From: a virus
Taxonomy: Duplodnaviria > Caudoviricetes
DNA: 64,000 nt
Reading direction: 5' to 3' (one strand)
Virus record (IMG/VR): IMGVR_UViG_2806311045_000001
Coordinates: 6,218-70,217 of that record
Shown here piece by piece: positions 36,362 to 47,044 of the stretch. Within the stretch, counting starts at the first letter, position 1. Each line of letters opens with the position of its first letter. The translations under genes were made by a program, and so were the position numbers. The notes below the pieces were generated by a model. It saw only the letters and a program-made list of their open reading frames with translations. It did not search any database and had not been told where the DNA came from.

Positions 36362-36609
36362 AACTCGACCTCGCGCGGCAGGCTGCGCTCGCGCTCAAAA
36401 ACGACATCGTCCTGATCGGCCAGCGGGGATTGGCGCATGAAGCTGACCAGCGACTCACCGCTGCCGCTCAAGCGATCGAACAGTGCGCGCGAGATCACTA
36501 CCGCCACCGGGCGGCCATGCACGGTGATTTCCTGCGGGCCGTCGTCTGCTGCCCGCTTCACGACATCGGAAAACCGCGCCTTGGCGGCCTGCATTTGCCA
36601 GCTTTGCAT
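36358..36609 (-). CDS. Phd/YefM antitoxin
   Basis: WQMQAAKARFSDVVKRA...PQEITVHGRPVAVVIS. Confidence 0.9.
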   Translation of the reverse strand: MQSWQMQAAKARFSDVVKRAADDGPQEITVHGRPVAVVISRALFDRLSGSGESLVSFMRQSPLADQDDVVFERERSLPREVEF

Positions 36610-36640
36610 AGTGGGCCTCCTTTCATGGATCAATGAATTA

Positions 36641-36655
36641 TGACCTGACAGGTCA
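36641..36655 (-). promoter_or_regulatory. Palindromic operator upstream of Phd-VapC
   Basis: TGACCT-gac-AGGTCA. Confidence 0.6.
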
Positions 36656-36688
36656 GATTTGTCGTCACTATAAACGAAACGCCAACGC

Positions 36689-39600
36689 ATGTCCCAACGC
36701 ATCTCCATTCTTGTCGCCCTCGATGGTGCCGACGAGGGCCTCAAACGCGCTATCACATCGGCCAAGCGCAGCTTGGGAGAACTGGCAGCATCCGCCAAGA
36801 CATCAGGCGACAAGGCCGCGGCGGGCCTCGCCCAGGTCAAGGCGGGAGTGTCCGTCATCGGCGAACAGGTCGTCGCAGCCAGGACCCAGGTGCTGGCTTT
36901 TCTGTCGATCAACTGGGCCGCCGGCAAGGTGCAGGAGATCGTGCAGGTCGCCGACGCTTGGAACATGATGGCCGCGCGCCTCAAGCTTGCTACCGCCGGC
37001 CAGCGCGAATTCACCACCGCGCAGACCGCACTGTTCGATATTGCTCAGCGCATCGGCGTGCCGATTCAGGAGACCGCCACGCTGTACGGCAAGCTGCAGC
37101 AGGCGGTGCGCATGCTCGGCGGCGAGCAGCAGCAGGCGCTCACCATCACGGAGAGCATCTCGCAGGCGCTGCGCATCTCCGGCGCCTCGGCCAACGAGAC
37201 GCAATCGGCGCTGCTGCAGTTCGGCCAGGCACTGGCGGCAGGCGTGTTGCGCGGCGAGGAGTTCAACTCCGTTGTCGAGAACAGCCCCCGCCTCGCACAG
37301 GCCCTGGCCGATGGCTTGAACGTGCCCATTGGTCGGCTGCGCAAGATGGCCGAGGAAGGCCGGCTGACCGCCGATGTGGTCGTCAATGCGCTGCTGTCCC
37401 AGAAAAACAAGCTCGCCGCCGAATATGCCCAGTTGCCGGCGACGGTCAGTCAGGCGTTCGAGCGGCTGCGCAACGCCTTCGGGCAGTACATCAACCGGAT
37501 CGACCAGGCCACCGGCTTCAGTACCAAGCTGTCCGAGGCCCTGACGTGGCTGGCGCAGAACCTCGACACGGTGATGTGCTGGCTCACGCGCATCGCCGAA
37601 GTCGGGCTGGCGGTGCTCGTCTACCGGCTGATCCCTGCGCTGATCACTGCGTGGCAGACCGCAGGCGCCGCTGCCGTCACGGCAGCCAGTGCTACCTCCG
37701 CCGCCTGGGCGACCGCCAACCTGTCGGTGTCGGCTGCCATTGCCAGCGTGGGCGTGCTCAGGACCGGTTTCGCCACGCTGGGCGCGTTCCTCGTCGGCTG
37801 GGAGATCGGCACATGGCTGTCGGAGAAGTTCGAGACCGTGCGCCGCGCCGGCATCCTCATGGTCGAGGTGCTGATCCGGTCGGTTGAGGAGTTGCGCTTT
37901 CACTGGGAGGTGTTCGCCGCCATCTTCACATCCGACACCATCGCGGAGGCGACCAAGCGCCATCAGGCACGGCTGGGCGACATGAACCGGATCTTCGCGC
38001 AGATGGTCGCCGATGCCGGCCGGGGCACGGATGCGGCCAAGGGCGCCATGAACGCGGCAGCCGGCGCCGCCGAGGAGATCGCCAAGCGCCTGGAGGCGGT
38101 GCGCCAGGGCACGCAGGAGGCGGTGGGCCGCGGCGCCGAGGCGGTCCACACAGCCCTGGAGAAACTCAAGTCGCGGATCGGCGAGGTCGAGCAGGCGGTC
38201 TCCAAGGCGAGCTCCACGGTGAACGACGCCACCGCCAAGATGGCCGAGGCGTACAAGGGGCTCACCTCCATCATTGATGGCCACCTGCAGCGCCAGGTCG
38301 AGGCGGTCAAGGCCCGCTACCAGCAAGAGCAGGCGGCGCTGGAGCGCTCGGGCCAGGCGCAGGCGGTGCAGATCGCCACATCGACCCAACTGCTGGTCGG
38401 GGCCCTCACGCAGCAGACGGCGTTGCGCCAGCAGGCCGCGACCGAGGCGTTGAAGCTGATCGACGACGAGTCCCGCGCCCGCGTCGATGCCGCCGCTCGC
38501 GAAGGCAAGACCGACGCAGAGCGCGCAGCCAACGTGCAGCGGGTCGAGAATGAGATTCTGGCCACGCGCCGGCAGACGCTGACCCAGGCGGCCTCCGAGT
38601 ACCGTCAGCACATCGACGTGCTCAACGCCGAGGCCAACCGGCATCTGGCCGAGGTCCGGCGCATCGAGGACGAGAAGCGGCAGCTGTCGATGTCGACCGA
38701 GGAGCGCATCCGCGACATCCGCCGCGCGGGGCTATCGGACTACGAGGCGCAGGAGGACCGCAAGCGCCAGATCGCCGAATACCAGACCAGCGCCCGAGCA
38801 GCGCTGGCCGACGGCGAATTCGACCAAGCTCGCCAGCGCGCCAGCAAGGCCATGGACCTGGCCGCCCAGATCGCCAGTGCCCAGTCCAGCGAGGCCAAGC
38901 GTGCCGAGGACGCGCGCCGGCAGTCGGAAGCGGCGGTGACGCAAGTGGCCCAGCTGGAAGCCCAGGCCCGGGAGGCGACCGGCCGCCGAGAGTACGCGCA
39001 GGCCGAAGCCCTGACACGGCAAGCGGATGAGCTGCGCGCCCAATCGGCACAGCAGGCGGCGAACGCTGATGCCCAGGCCCTACACGGCAAGGCCGCCGTC
39101 AACGAAGCCATCGGCCGGATCCGCGATTCGCAGGCGATCCTCAATCAAACACTGGATGCGGAGGCCCAGGCGCACCAGCGCGCCGCGCAGTCGGCGGTGT
39201 CGGCCCGGCAGGGCATCCAGCAGACGCTGGCCCAGACCGACAGCCAGATCGCCCTGCTGACGGCCAAGCTGCAGCAGGGGCTCAAGGTCACCATCGATGC
39301 AGACACTCAGCGCTTCGATAAGGCCATCGCCGACCTCGACAAGGCACTGGTCGAGCGCGAGCGGTTGGTGGTCATCAAGGCGGATCTGGAGCAGGCCGAG
39401 AAGACGCTGCAGGACTATGAGCAGCGACTCAAGGAAGGCAAGACCCTGCCGGTCGATGCCGACGTGTCCAAGGCCACTGCGACGTTGGACAAGCTCAACG
39501 CCTACGCCCGCGACAACTCACAGCTGGAGCTGCGCGTCGCTACCGAGAAGGCACGTGCCGCGATCGCCAACGTCGAAGGCATGCTGCGGGCGCTGGACCG

Positions 39601-40789
39601 CGTACAGACCGAGTCGCGCCACCGCGTCGCCAGCAACGTCGATGCCGTGCGCGCCGAGGTCCAGAGCCTGAACGGCATGAACACGTCCAGCACGCACACC
39701 ATTGCCGTGCGCCGTGTCGAGGCGAATGCCGCGGGCGGTATGGTCGGCGGCGGCGCGCAGCAGTTCGCCGAGGGCGGACCGGTCGCGCCCGCCTTCCCGC
39801 GCATGACCGGCGGTTCGGTGCCGGGCACGGGCGACCAGGACACGGTGCCACGCACGCTGGACGCCGGCGCCTTCGTGATCCGCAAGGCCGCGGTGCGCAA
39901 GTACGGCGCGGGGACGCTCGCGCAGCTGGCCAACGGCGTGGCGCGCTTCGCCACCGGCGGGCCAGTGCTGTTCGGGGGGCGTGGCGGCATCCAGCCGGGC
40001 GGGCCGAAGCGCAACCGCGACGTGGTCGAGGCCCGCAAGATGATCGACCTCGGCCTGCAGGGCATGGGCGACTACGCCTCCTGGGCGCAGCACCAGGGCG
40101 GCGCCTGGGTCAGTTCGGACATGCGCTCGCGCACGATGACGAACTATGGCCGGCAGGCCGAGCGTGATCGGCAGTCGCTCGATGCGCTGGCCGAGCGCAA
40201 GCAACTGACTGCCGCCGAGCGCCAGACGCTGGAGCGGATCAAGACGACCTGGCGCCAGGCCATGGCCCAGCCGATGCTGTGGGGCCAGGATCTGGAGCGC
40301 GACCTGCTCGACTACATGGAGCAGCACCAGGGCGAGTTTTATCGGGAGGGCGGAGTGTCGTCTTCGGACACCGTGCCCGCCATGCTGACGCCCGGCGAAT
40401 ACGTGGTGAACCGGCAGGCGGTTGGGCGCCACGGCGTGGCCTTCTTCGATGCCATCAACAACCTGGCGCTGCCGGCCCGTGCGCTGGTGAACACAGTCCG
40501 GGGCTACGCCACCGGCGGGCTCGTGCAGCCGCTGGCGGGGATGGCAGCCAGGGCGTCGCAAGCGGTGTCTGGCGCCTGGAACGGGGCGGATCCTGCGGCG
40601 GCGCTGTCGCAGGTGCTGGCCACCTCCTTGCGCGCGCCGGTGCCTGCCTACACGGCAGAGGTGGCGCCCGCCCGCACCATCCGTGTGGAACTGGCCTCCG
40701 GCGGTCGGACGATCGCCGCCACCATCGACGCCCGCGACGAAGCGCGGCTGCTCGAACTCCTCAAAGAAGCCCAATCCCGGGCGCTGTAA
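36689..40789 (+). CDS. Tape measure protein
   Basis: 1366 aa, Ala/Gln-rich; ALLQFGQALAAGVLRGEEFNSVVEN tape-measure domain. Confidence 0.93.
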   Translation: MSQRISILVALDGADEGLKRAITSAKRSLGELAASAKTSGDKAAAGLAQVKAGVSVIGEQVVAARTQVLAFLSINWAAGKVQEIVQVADAWNMMAARLKLATAGQREFTTAQTALFDIAQRIGVPIQETATLYGKLQQAVRMLGGEQQQALTITESISQALRISGASANETQSALLQFGQALAAGVLRGEEFNSVVENSPRLAQALADGLNVPIGRLRKMAEEGRLTADVVVNALLSQKNKLAAEYAQLPATVSQAFERLRNAFGQYINRIDQATGFSTKLSEALTWLAQNLDTVMCWLTRIAEVGLAVLVYRLIPALITAWQTAGAAAVTAASATSAAWATANLSVSAAIASVGVLRTGFATLGAFLVGWEIGTWLSEKFETVRRAGILMVEVLIRSVEELRFHWEVFAAIFTSDTIAEATKRHQARLGDMNRIFAQMVADAGRGTDAAKGAMNAAAGAAEEIAKRLEAVRQGTQEAVGRGAEAVHTALEKLKSRIGEVEQAVSKASSTVNDATAKMAEAYKGLTSIIDGHLQRQVEAVKARYQQEQAALERSGQAQAVQIATSTQLLVGALTQQTALRQQAATEALKLIDDESRARVDAAAREGKTDAERAANVQRVENEILATRRQTLTQAASEYRQHIDVLNAEANRHLAEVRRIEDEKRQLSMSTEERIRDIRRAGLSDYEAQEDRKRQIAEYQTSARAALADGEFDQARQRASKAMDLAAQIASAQSSEAKRAEDARRQSEAAVTQVAQLEAQAREATGRREYAQAEALTRQADELRAQSAQQAANADAQALHGKAAVNEAIGRIRDSQAILNQTLDAEAQAHQRAAQSAVSARQGIQQTLAQTDSQIALLTAKLQQGLKVTIDADTQRFDKAIADLDKALVERERLVVIKADLEQAEKTLQDYEQRLKEGKTLPVDADVSKATATLDKLNAYARDNSQLELRVATEKARAAIANVEGMLRALDRVQTESRHRVASNVDAVRAEVQSLNGMNTSSTHTIAVRRVEANAAGGMVGGGAQQFAEGGPVAPAFPRMTGGSVPGTGDQDTVPRTLDAGAFVIRKAAVRKYGAGTLAQLANGVARFATGGPVLFGGRGGIQPGGPKRNRDVVEARKMIDLGLQGMGDYASWAQHQGGAWVSSDMRSRTMTNYGRQAERDRQSLDALAERKQLTAAERQTLERIKTTWRQAMAQPMLWGQDLERDLLDYMEQHQGEFYREGGVSSSDTVPAMLTPGEYVVNRQAVGRHGVAFFDAINNLALPARALVNTVRGYATGGLVQPLAGMAARASQAVSGAWNGADPAAALSQVLATSLRAPVPAYTAEVAPARTIRVELASGGRTIAATIDARDEARLLELLKEAQSRAL

Positions 40790-40794
40790 CTCCG

Positions 40795-41190
40795 ATGCAA
40801 TTGAAGAACCTGGCGGACAGCGCGGTCCTCGCGCTGCCCGATGACCTGCTATGGACGGACGAACACGCCTGGACGCCCGCCGTGGCGGCGGTGTCGTACC
40901 TGCTGACCGGCGCACTGCTGGTCGAATCGGCCGCCCGCCAGAAGGGGCGGCCCATCACGCTGGTGGGCGGCGCCGACATGGCCTGGGTGACCCGCGCGAC
41001 GGTGAACACGCTGTACGCGTGGGCTGCGGCGCCCAATCGGCAATTCGAACTGACCCTCACGAATGGCCGCGCCTTCACCGTGGCTTTCCGGCATCACGAA
41101 ACCGCCATCGAGGCCGAGCCAGTGATGGGCTTCCCGGCCCGGCGCGAGGGCGACTTCTACCGGCTGACCGTGCGCTTCATGGAAGTGTGA
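40795..41190 (+). CDS. Distal tail protein (probable)
   Basis: LPDDLLWTDEHAW...GRPITL; follows tape measure. Confidence 0.72.
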   Translation: MQLKNLADSAVLALPDDLLWTDEHAWTPAVAAVSYLLTGALLVESAARQKGRPITLVGGADMAWVTRATVNTLYAWAAAPNRQFELTLTNGRAFTVAFRHHETAIEAEPVMGFPARREGDFYRLTVRFMEV

Positions 41191-41749
41191 AGGTGATCGC
41201 CTTCGTCCGGTCGTCAGTCCAGCAACTGCTGATGTTCCTGGCATCGCACGTCGTATAGGCCTTTTCTCCGAGCAGCTCGCGCGTCTTATGCAGATTCTTT
41301 TCGGTCACGGTTTCGCAGCGCACGGTGTTGTCGCGCCAGCCACAGAAGTACACCTTGTCGGCTTCTTCCACGTCGCGCCGGAACCGCACCAGATCTTGCG
41401 GATTGACTGTGTGGTTGGCCGGCACGGCGGAAGGGATGTGTTTGGCAAAGTCCTCGAAGAATGCTCGTGGCGAGAACGGATTGGCGGGGTCGTATGTCAG
41501 GCCGAGGGCCTTGCATAGCGCCTTGTAGTCATCGTCGTCCAGGCGCGGCCAGATCTCGAAATTCCGGTCGACTTTGATCTCGAACGCCACGTTGTGGCCC
41601 CGAGCGCCGAATAGCAGCTGATAGGTCGGTCCGTCGATGAAGAAATACACATCGAAACTGACCCGCCCATGCCGGTAATCGAATCGGATGCGGTCCAAAT
41701 TCTTCGCTTGCATGTCTTGGTACAGCGGTTCGAGTCCACCCAACTTCAT
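41177..41749 (-). CDS. DUF6037-like accessory gene, antisense in tail operon
   Basis: GGAGGTGA RBS; MKLGGLEPLYQDM...FDYRHGRVSFDVYFFID. Confidence 0.72.
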   Translation of the reverse strand: MKLGGLEPLYQDMQAKNLDRIRFDYRHGRVSFDVYFFIDGPTYQLLFGARGHNVAFEIKVDRNFEIWPRLDDDDYKALCKALGLTYDPANPFSPRAFFEDFAKHIPSAVPANHTVNPQDLVRFRRDVEEADKVYFCGWRDNTVRCETVTEKNLHKTRELLGEKAYTTCDARNISSCWTDDRTKAITFTLP

Positions 41750-41778
41750 TGTCACCTCCACAAGGAAATACAACCAGA

Positions 41779-44700
41779 ATGGCAATACTGACAGGGGATA
41801 TCAAGCTCCTGGCCGCCGAGCGCCTGCTCGACACCCCCGACGGCGGCGGCCGCATGACCGGCCACGTCGTGGTCGACGGCCAGTCCAACAACCTGTTCCC
41901 CGACATCTCCGAGCTCGATCGTACCTACGGGCGCGTGTCGCTGCGCAAGTCCTTTGTCGGGGTGCTGACCGATTCGACCGATTCCTACTACGGCGCGCAC
42001 GCCATCCTTGCCGATGCCCCAGGCGATCCACGGGTGTCGGTCACGCTCTTCACCACCAAATCATGGACCGACCGGCGCGATGCCGCCAAGGATCGCGTCG
42101 AGCGCTACCTGGCACGTGGCGTCAAATGGCCCGGCCAACTGCTGGAGCGCCAGCTCACCGGCCAGCGCGCTATCACGCTGCTGTTGAAGCCGTCTGATTC
42201 ACTGCCGCGTGTCGGGCAGGCGCTCGTGCTCGTGCAGGACGAGGCCAAGCCGACCGAGACCGAGCAGTACGTGAGGGTCACGCGGATCACCACAACCGAA
42301 CGGGAGTTCACGGTGAGCGAAGGCGGCGGCACCGTCAAGTTCTCGTCGATCGTCGCGACCTGCGAGATCTCCGATCCGCTGCGCTATGACTTCGAGGGGC
42401 CGGCGCCGTCCAACCGGGATGACGTCTCGGCCAAGGCCGTAGTGCGCGACACGATCGTCGCCAACGCCGCTGTCTACTACGGTATCGCCCCCACCGTGGC
42501 CGAGGCGCGGGTGGGGGACCTGCGCGTGCAGGTGCCGGGCCTCTTCGGGCAACTGGTGCCGTCCGCGCAGTCGGAGACGCCGCTGGTGGACCTGAACGCC
42601 GCCGGCCAGGCGGTACCGCTGCTGGAGAGCGGCAGCGGCGTGCTGGCCTACACGGCCAACGGCCAGGTCGCCAGCGGCCGCAACCTGTACCTGGGCAACC
42701 CCCTGGTGCCGGGCAGCCTGCGCATTGCCGGTGGCGGCTACACGTTCACCGACTCGGCGGGCCAGCTCAAGTCAGGCACGAGCACCATCGGCACGGTCGA
42801 CTACGCCCGCGGGCTGGTGGCCTTCAAGGACGGCACGCCGGGATACGGCGGCGATTTCCAGGTCAGCTTCCGGCCGGCGGGTGCCCCTACCCGCGTGGCC
42901 GATACGGCAGCGATCGCCGTCGCCCAGGAGAACCGCGGCTACGCCTACACCATCACCCTGTCACCGCCGCCTAAGCCAGGGGCGCTGATCGTGTCCTACA
43001 TGGCCCAGGGCAAGTGGTACGACCTGCGCGACCAGGGCGACGGGGCGATCAGGGGGACCGATTCGTCCTTCGGGGCGGGGACGCTGGACTATGTGACCGG
43101 CTCGGTGATCCTGACGACCGGGGCCCTGCCGGACGCCAACACGGCCATCCTGTTTTCGTGGGGGAGTGCGGCCAGCTACTTCAACCGTGTCTCGGCGCCG
43201 GTGGAACCACCCACCGTGCGCCACACAGTGGCACATCCAGGCATCGCGCCGGGCACCTTGCGTATCACGTGGCCAGACGGTGCGCGTCAGCGCGTGGCCA
43301 CCGACGATGGGCACGGGGTGATCACCGGAGACGGTTCCGGCACCGTGCGCTATGCGCGCGGCGAGCTGGTGTTCCGGCCCGCCGTGCTGCCCGCTGGTGG
43401 TGCGGAGCTGACCCTCGACTACGAGTGGGGGCCGCCGCAGGAAGCGAACTTCGCGCACCCGCTGCGCAACGCCGACGGCACCGTCACGGTCCGGCTGCCG
43501 CAGACCGACCTCCGCCCGAACACGGTCGAGCTCGAGTTCAACCTGCTGATCGAGAACTACCAGTCGATCTCGGGCACGCCCGCCGAGATGCAGGTGGTGC
43601 AACGCGTCGACCCGATCAAGATCGCGCGCGACACCGGCGGCGGCGCATTTGATGCTGCCGTGGTCGGCCGGATCGACTACGCCACTGGCACCATCACCTT
43701 CCGGCCCGACACGACAGTCAACATCCCGTTCGCGCGCTACAGCGTGCAGCAGCTGGGCTGGACGGTGGAGGGCAACGAGCGCCGCCCGGTCTACCGCAAT
43801 ACCTTCAGCCACTGGGAGTACAAGCCGGCTGGCGCGGCGATGCCCGTCGACGACTCGGGCTACGTCAAGGTGCGCTACCGCGCCGCTGACGCAGCGAATG
43901 CAGCGACTGAGACCGTGACGCTCGCCCAGCTGGAAGTCGATCTGACCGACCACTACGCCGAGGCCATCGTGCCCGGTAGCGTGCGCTTTGGCCTGGGTGG
44001 CAAGGTCTACGTGGACCGTCTCGGGATGCTCGTCACCGACATCAATGCCAACACCGGGGCCGGCACTCAGGCTGGCGCCATCGACTACGCCTCGGGCCGG
44101 GCGCTGCTGACCGTCTGGCAGCCGGGCGCCGGCAACGTGGTGTCGATGCAGTCGTTGCTGACCGAATTGGGCGGCCAGCCGGTCGATGAGGTGACCTTCC
44201 GCGTGCCGGCGGCGCCCGTGCGGCCCGGCAGTCTGCAGATCCGCGCGGTACCGCTGACCGGTGGCCAGATCACGGCCACGGCCAACGCGGATGGCACCAT
44301 CGCGGCAGCGGGCATGCTCGGCACGGTGGACTACCAGACCGGCGTGGTGCGCGTGCGGTTCGGGCGCTTCGTGCCCGCAGCCGGCCGGGAAGGCGAGATC
44401 TGGTACAGCGCCGATGCTGTGCGCAACGGCCAGATCTTCCAGCCACTGCCGGTGCTGGCCGACACGCTGCGCTTCAACGCGGTGGCCTTCACGTACCTGC
44501 CGCTGTCGGCTGACGTGCTCGGACTCGATCCAGTCCGGCTGCCGCTCGATGGCAAGGTGCCGATCTTCCGGCCGGGGGACGTGGCCGTGGTGCACCACAC
44601 CGAGACCACGCCGTTTCCGGCCAATGCGCGCGCTGGCGACACACTGGACGTCGGCCGCGTGCGTCTGTCCTCCCTACGGGTGCTGGATGCCAATGGCAAG

Positions 44701-45369
44701 CCGGTCTCGTCGGACCTCTACACCGGCGACCTCGACGCCGGCACGGTGGTGCTGCGGGCGTCGCCCGCCGGCCTGGCGCAGCCGCTGGTGGCCGAGCACC
44801 GCATCGAGGACATGGGTCTGGTCTCGGACACCCAGATCAACGGCGTGCTGACGCTCACACGGCCACTGACGCACGACTATCCGGCGCGCGACTCGCGGGT
44901 GTCGTCGGCATTGATCATCGGCGATCTGCAGGCACGCGCCCACACGCTGTTCGCGCAGCAGACGTGGACGGGCGAGTGGAAGGACGTGCGCATCGGCGCC
45001 AACACCATCGCCCAATACAACGAGACGGTGTACCCGGTCGCGGTCACCAATCGCGGCGCCATCGAGGAGCGTTGGGCGCTCATTTTTACCAACACCAACG
45101 AGTTCCGCGTGGTCGGCGAGTCGGTCGGGCAGATCGCCGTGGGCAACACCGCCACGGATCTCGCGCCGATCAATCCCGAGACCCACGCGGCCTACTTCAC
45201 GCTGCGTGCGGGCGGCTGGGGGGCGGGGTGGGCTGCCGGCAACGTGCTGCGTTTCTCCACGGCCGCAGCCAACTGCCCCATCTGGATCGCCCGCACGACG
45301 CTGCAGGGGCCTGCCACGCAAACCAACGATTCATTCCAGATCCAGATTCGCGGCGACATCGATCGCTGA
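41779..45369 (+). CDS. Large tail-tip/baseplate structural protein
   Basis: 1196 aa, repeated G.IDY.TG beta motifs; NNLFPDISELDR. Confidence 0.85.
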   Translation: MAILTGDIKLLAAERLLDTPDGGGRMTGHVVVDGQSNNLFPDISELDRTYGRVSLRKSFVGVLTDSTDSYYGAHAILADAPGDPRVSVTLFTTKSWTDRRDAAKDRVERYLARGVKWPGQLLERQLTGQRAITLLLKPSDSLPRVGQALVLVQDEAKPTETEQYVRVTRITTTEREFTVSEGGGTVKFSSIVATCEISDPLRYDFEGPAPSNRDDVSAKAVVRDTIVANAAVYYGIAPTVAEARVGDLRVQVPGLFGQLVPSAQSETPLVDLNAAGQAVPLLESGSGVLAYTANGQVASGRNLYLGNPLVPGSLRIAGGGYTFTDSAGQLKSGTSTIGTVDYARGLVAFKDGTPGYGGDFQVSFRPAGAPTRVADTAAIAVAQENRGYAYTITLSPPPKPGALIVSYMAQGKWYDLRDQGDGAIRGTDSSFGAGTLDYVTGSVILTTGALPDANTAILFSWGSAASYFNRVSAPVEPPTVRHTVAHPGIAPGTLRITWPDGARQRVATDDGHGVITGDGSGTVRYARGELVFRPAVLPAGGAELTLDYEWGPPQEANFAHPLRNADGTVTVRLPQTDLRPNTVELEFNLLIENYQSISGTPAEMQVVQRVDPIKIARDTGGGAFDAAVVGRIDYATGTITFRPDTTVNIPFARYSVQQLGWTVEGNERRPVYRNTFSHWEYKPAGAAMPVDDSGYVKVRYRAADAANAATETVTLAQLEVDLTDHYAEAIVPGSVRFGLGGKVYVDRLGMLVTDINANTGAGTQAGAIDYASGRALLTVWQPGAGNVVSMQSLLTELGGQPVDEVTFRVPAAPVRPGSLQIRAVPLTGGQITATANADGTIAAAGMLGTVDYQTGVVRVRFGRFVPAAGREGEIWYSADAVRNGQIFQPLPVLADTLRFNAVAFTYLPLSADVLGLDPVRLPLDGKVPIFRPGDVAVVHHTETTPFPANARAGDTLDVGRVRLSSLRVLDANGKPVSSDLYTGDLDAGTVVLRASPAGLAQPLVAEHRIEDMGLVSDTQINGVLTLTRPLTHDYPARDSRVSSALIIGDLQARAHTLFAQQTWTGEWKDVRIGANTIAQYNETVYPVAVTNRGAIEERWALIFTNTNEFRVVGESVGQIAVGNTATDLAPINPETHAAYFTLRAGGWGAGWAAGNVLRFSTAAANCPIWIARTTLQGPATQTNDSFQIQIRGDIDR

Positions 45370-45391
45370 GTGGTCTTACAAGCGTATCTCC

Positions 45392-46558
45392 ATGACCATC
45401 AAGTATTTCCAGTCCAACCAGACCGGTGCACCGCAGCTGAGCGGCCAGCGCGGGACCCTGATCGCCGTGCTCAACGCCTGTTTGGGCAATGGCTTCAACC
45501 TGCGCACGCTGACCGCGCTCACCCGCGACGGCACGGTGGCGACCGCTACGGCGGACGCTGGGCACGGCTTCCGGGAGGACGACATCGTGCTGATCGCGGG
45601 GGCCAACGAGGCGGCCTACAACGGCGAGCGCCGCATCCGCAATGTGACCACCAACAGCTTCCAGTTCGATGTTGCGGCCGACGCGGCCGCGCGCGCCACC
45701 GGGATCCTGACCGCGAAGATCGCACCGCTGGGGTGGGAGATGCCATTCTCAGGCGAGGACCGCGCGGTCTACCGGTCGCGCGACGTCACCAGCAATCGCC
45801 TGTTCCTGCGCATCGACGAGACGCCGCTCGCCGGCGACGGCAACTACGGGCGCGGCCCGCGCACGGTGCTGGCGCAGATGTGGGAAGTGCTCAACGACGT
45901 CGACAACGGCACGGGCCGCGCCGAGACGATGTGGCGCAAGGCGCAGAACGACAACGCGACCACGCGCCCCTGGGTGCTGGTGGGCGACAGCAAACGCTTC
46001 TGGCTGGCGGTGAACTGGAGCGAGAGCTACCCGAACCGCTACGCGCCGTACTTCTTTGGCGACTACCCATCCTTCAAGGCGGGCGATGCCTACGACACGA
46101 TGGTCGCTGGCTACTACGACCTGAACATCAATTGGGCCGAACCTTCCAGCAACCTCGTCACGGACAACGTCTACTCGGTCGGATCGGGTGTCGGTAACAC
46201 GGGCATCTGGCTGGCGCGCGGGTATTCGCAGCTGGGTGGTCGCATCAACGCACAGTGGGTCAGTGCTCCGGCGGGCGGTGGCAGCACGGGCCTCGGGGCG
46301 ACCGCCGTGCCGTATCCGAACCCGGCCGACAACGGCATCTACGTGATGCCGCTGATGATTCAGGAACAGACCGGCCCGTCGCTGCGTGGCCGGCTGCCGG
46401 GCTTGCTGTGTCCGCTGCAGTCGATCCCCGCGCCGGAGCCGTGGCGCTTCCCAGGCTTCGTGATCGACGGCACGCAGCGCGAGCTGCTGGTCGTGGCCGG
46501 CGCGGCCAACAACGGCAACGCGCGCTTGGCTTTCGATCTGACCGGCCCGTGGGATTGA
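45392..46558 (+). CDS. Tail fibre/virion structural protein
   Basis: GAPQLSG..GTLIAVL.ACL.NG N-terminus. Confidence 0.75.
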   Translation: MTIKYFQSNQTGAPQLSGQRGTLIAVLNACLGNGFNLRTLTALTRDGTVATATADAGHGFREDDIVLIAGANEAAYNGERRIRNVTTNSFQFDVAADAAARATGILTAKIAPLGWEMPFSGEDRAVYRSRDVTSNRLFLRIDETPLAGDGNYGRGPRTVLAQMWEVLNDVDNGTGRAETMWRKAQNDNATTRPWVLVGDSKRFWLAVNWSESYPNRYAPYFFGDYPSFKAGDAYDTMVAGYYDLNINWAEPSSNLVTDNVYSVGSGVGNTGIWLARGYSQLGGRINAQWVSAPAGGGSTGLGATAVPYPNPADNGIYVMPLMIQEQTGPSLRGRLPGLLCPLQSIPAPEPWRFPGFVIDGTQRELLVVAGAANNGNARLAFDLTGPWD

Positions 46559-46561
46559 TCC

Positions 46562-47044
46562 ATGGCCGGTGAAATCCCACGAGTCGTCGGCCCGCCCAGC
46601 CGGGTGTCGCCCGGCGCCATCGCGGGTGCGCCCACCGGCCATGTGCTGCACAACGAGACCTCCGTGATCGCGCGGAGCGACGCGGGGCCACCAAGCCCGC
46701 AGGTGCCGGACGGCGTGGCACTCAGTGCGCCGGCCCCGCACGAGGGCGTCTCGCCGACGCGGCATGGCGAGCTGCCCGCCTCGCGCACCCTCGATTTCTG
46801 GGGCAACGGGCGTATCGAGGGGCGTGTGCGCATCGAGGGTGTCCCGGCCGCGCGCCGGGTGCGCCTGTTCGATGCGCTGACGGGCCTGCTGGTCGCAGAG
46901 GCCTGGTCGCGCCAGGACGGCTGGTACCGCTTTGACTATCTCGATACCGGCCGCGACTTCTTCCTGCTGGCCCACGACCACGTGCGCCAGTTCAACGCCG
47001 TCATCGCCGACTGGGTCCGTCCCGAGCCCACCGTTTATCCATGA
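46562..47044 (+). CDS. Tail-associated protein
   Basis: G.VRIEG.PA.RRVRLFD...G.Y.F. Confidence 0.7.
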   Translation: MAGEIPRVVGPPSRVSPGAIAGAPTGHVLHNETSVIARSDAGPPSPQVPDGVALSAPAPHEGVSPTRHGELPASRTLDFWGNGRIEGRVRIEGVPAARRVRLFDALTGLLVAEAWSRQDGWYRFDYLDTGRDFFLLAHDHVRQFNAVIADWVRPEPTVYP

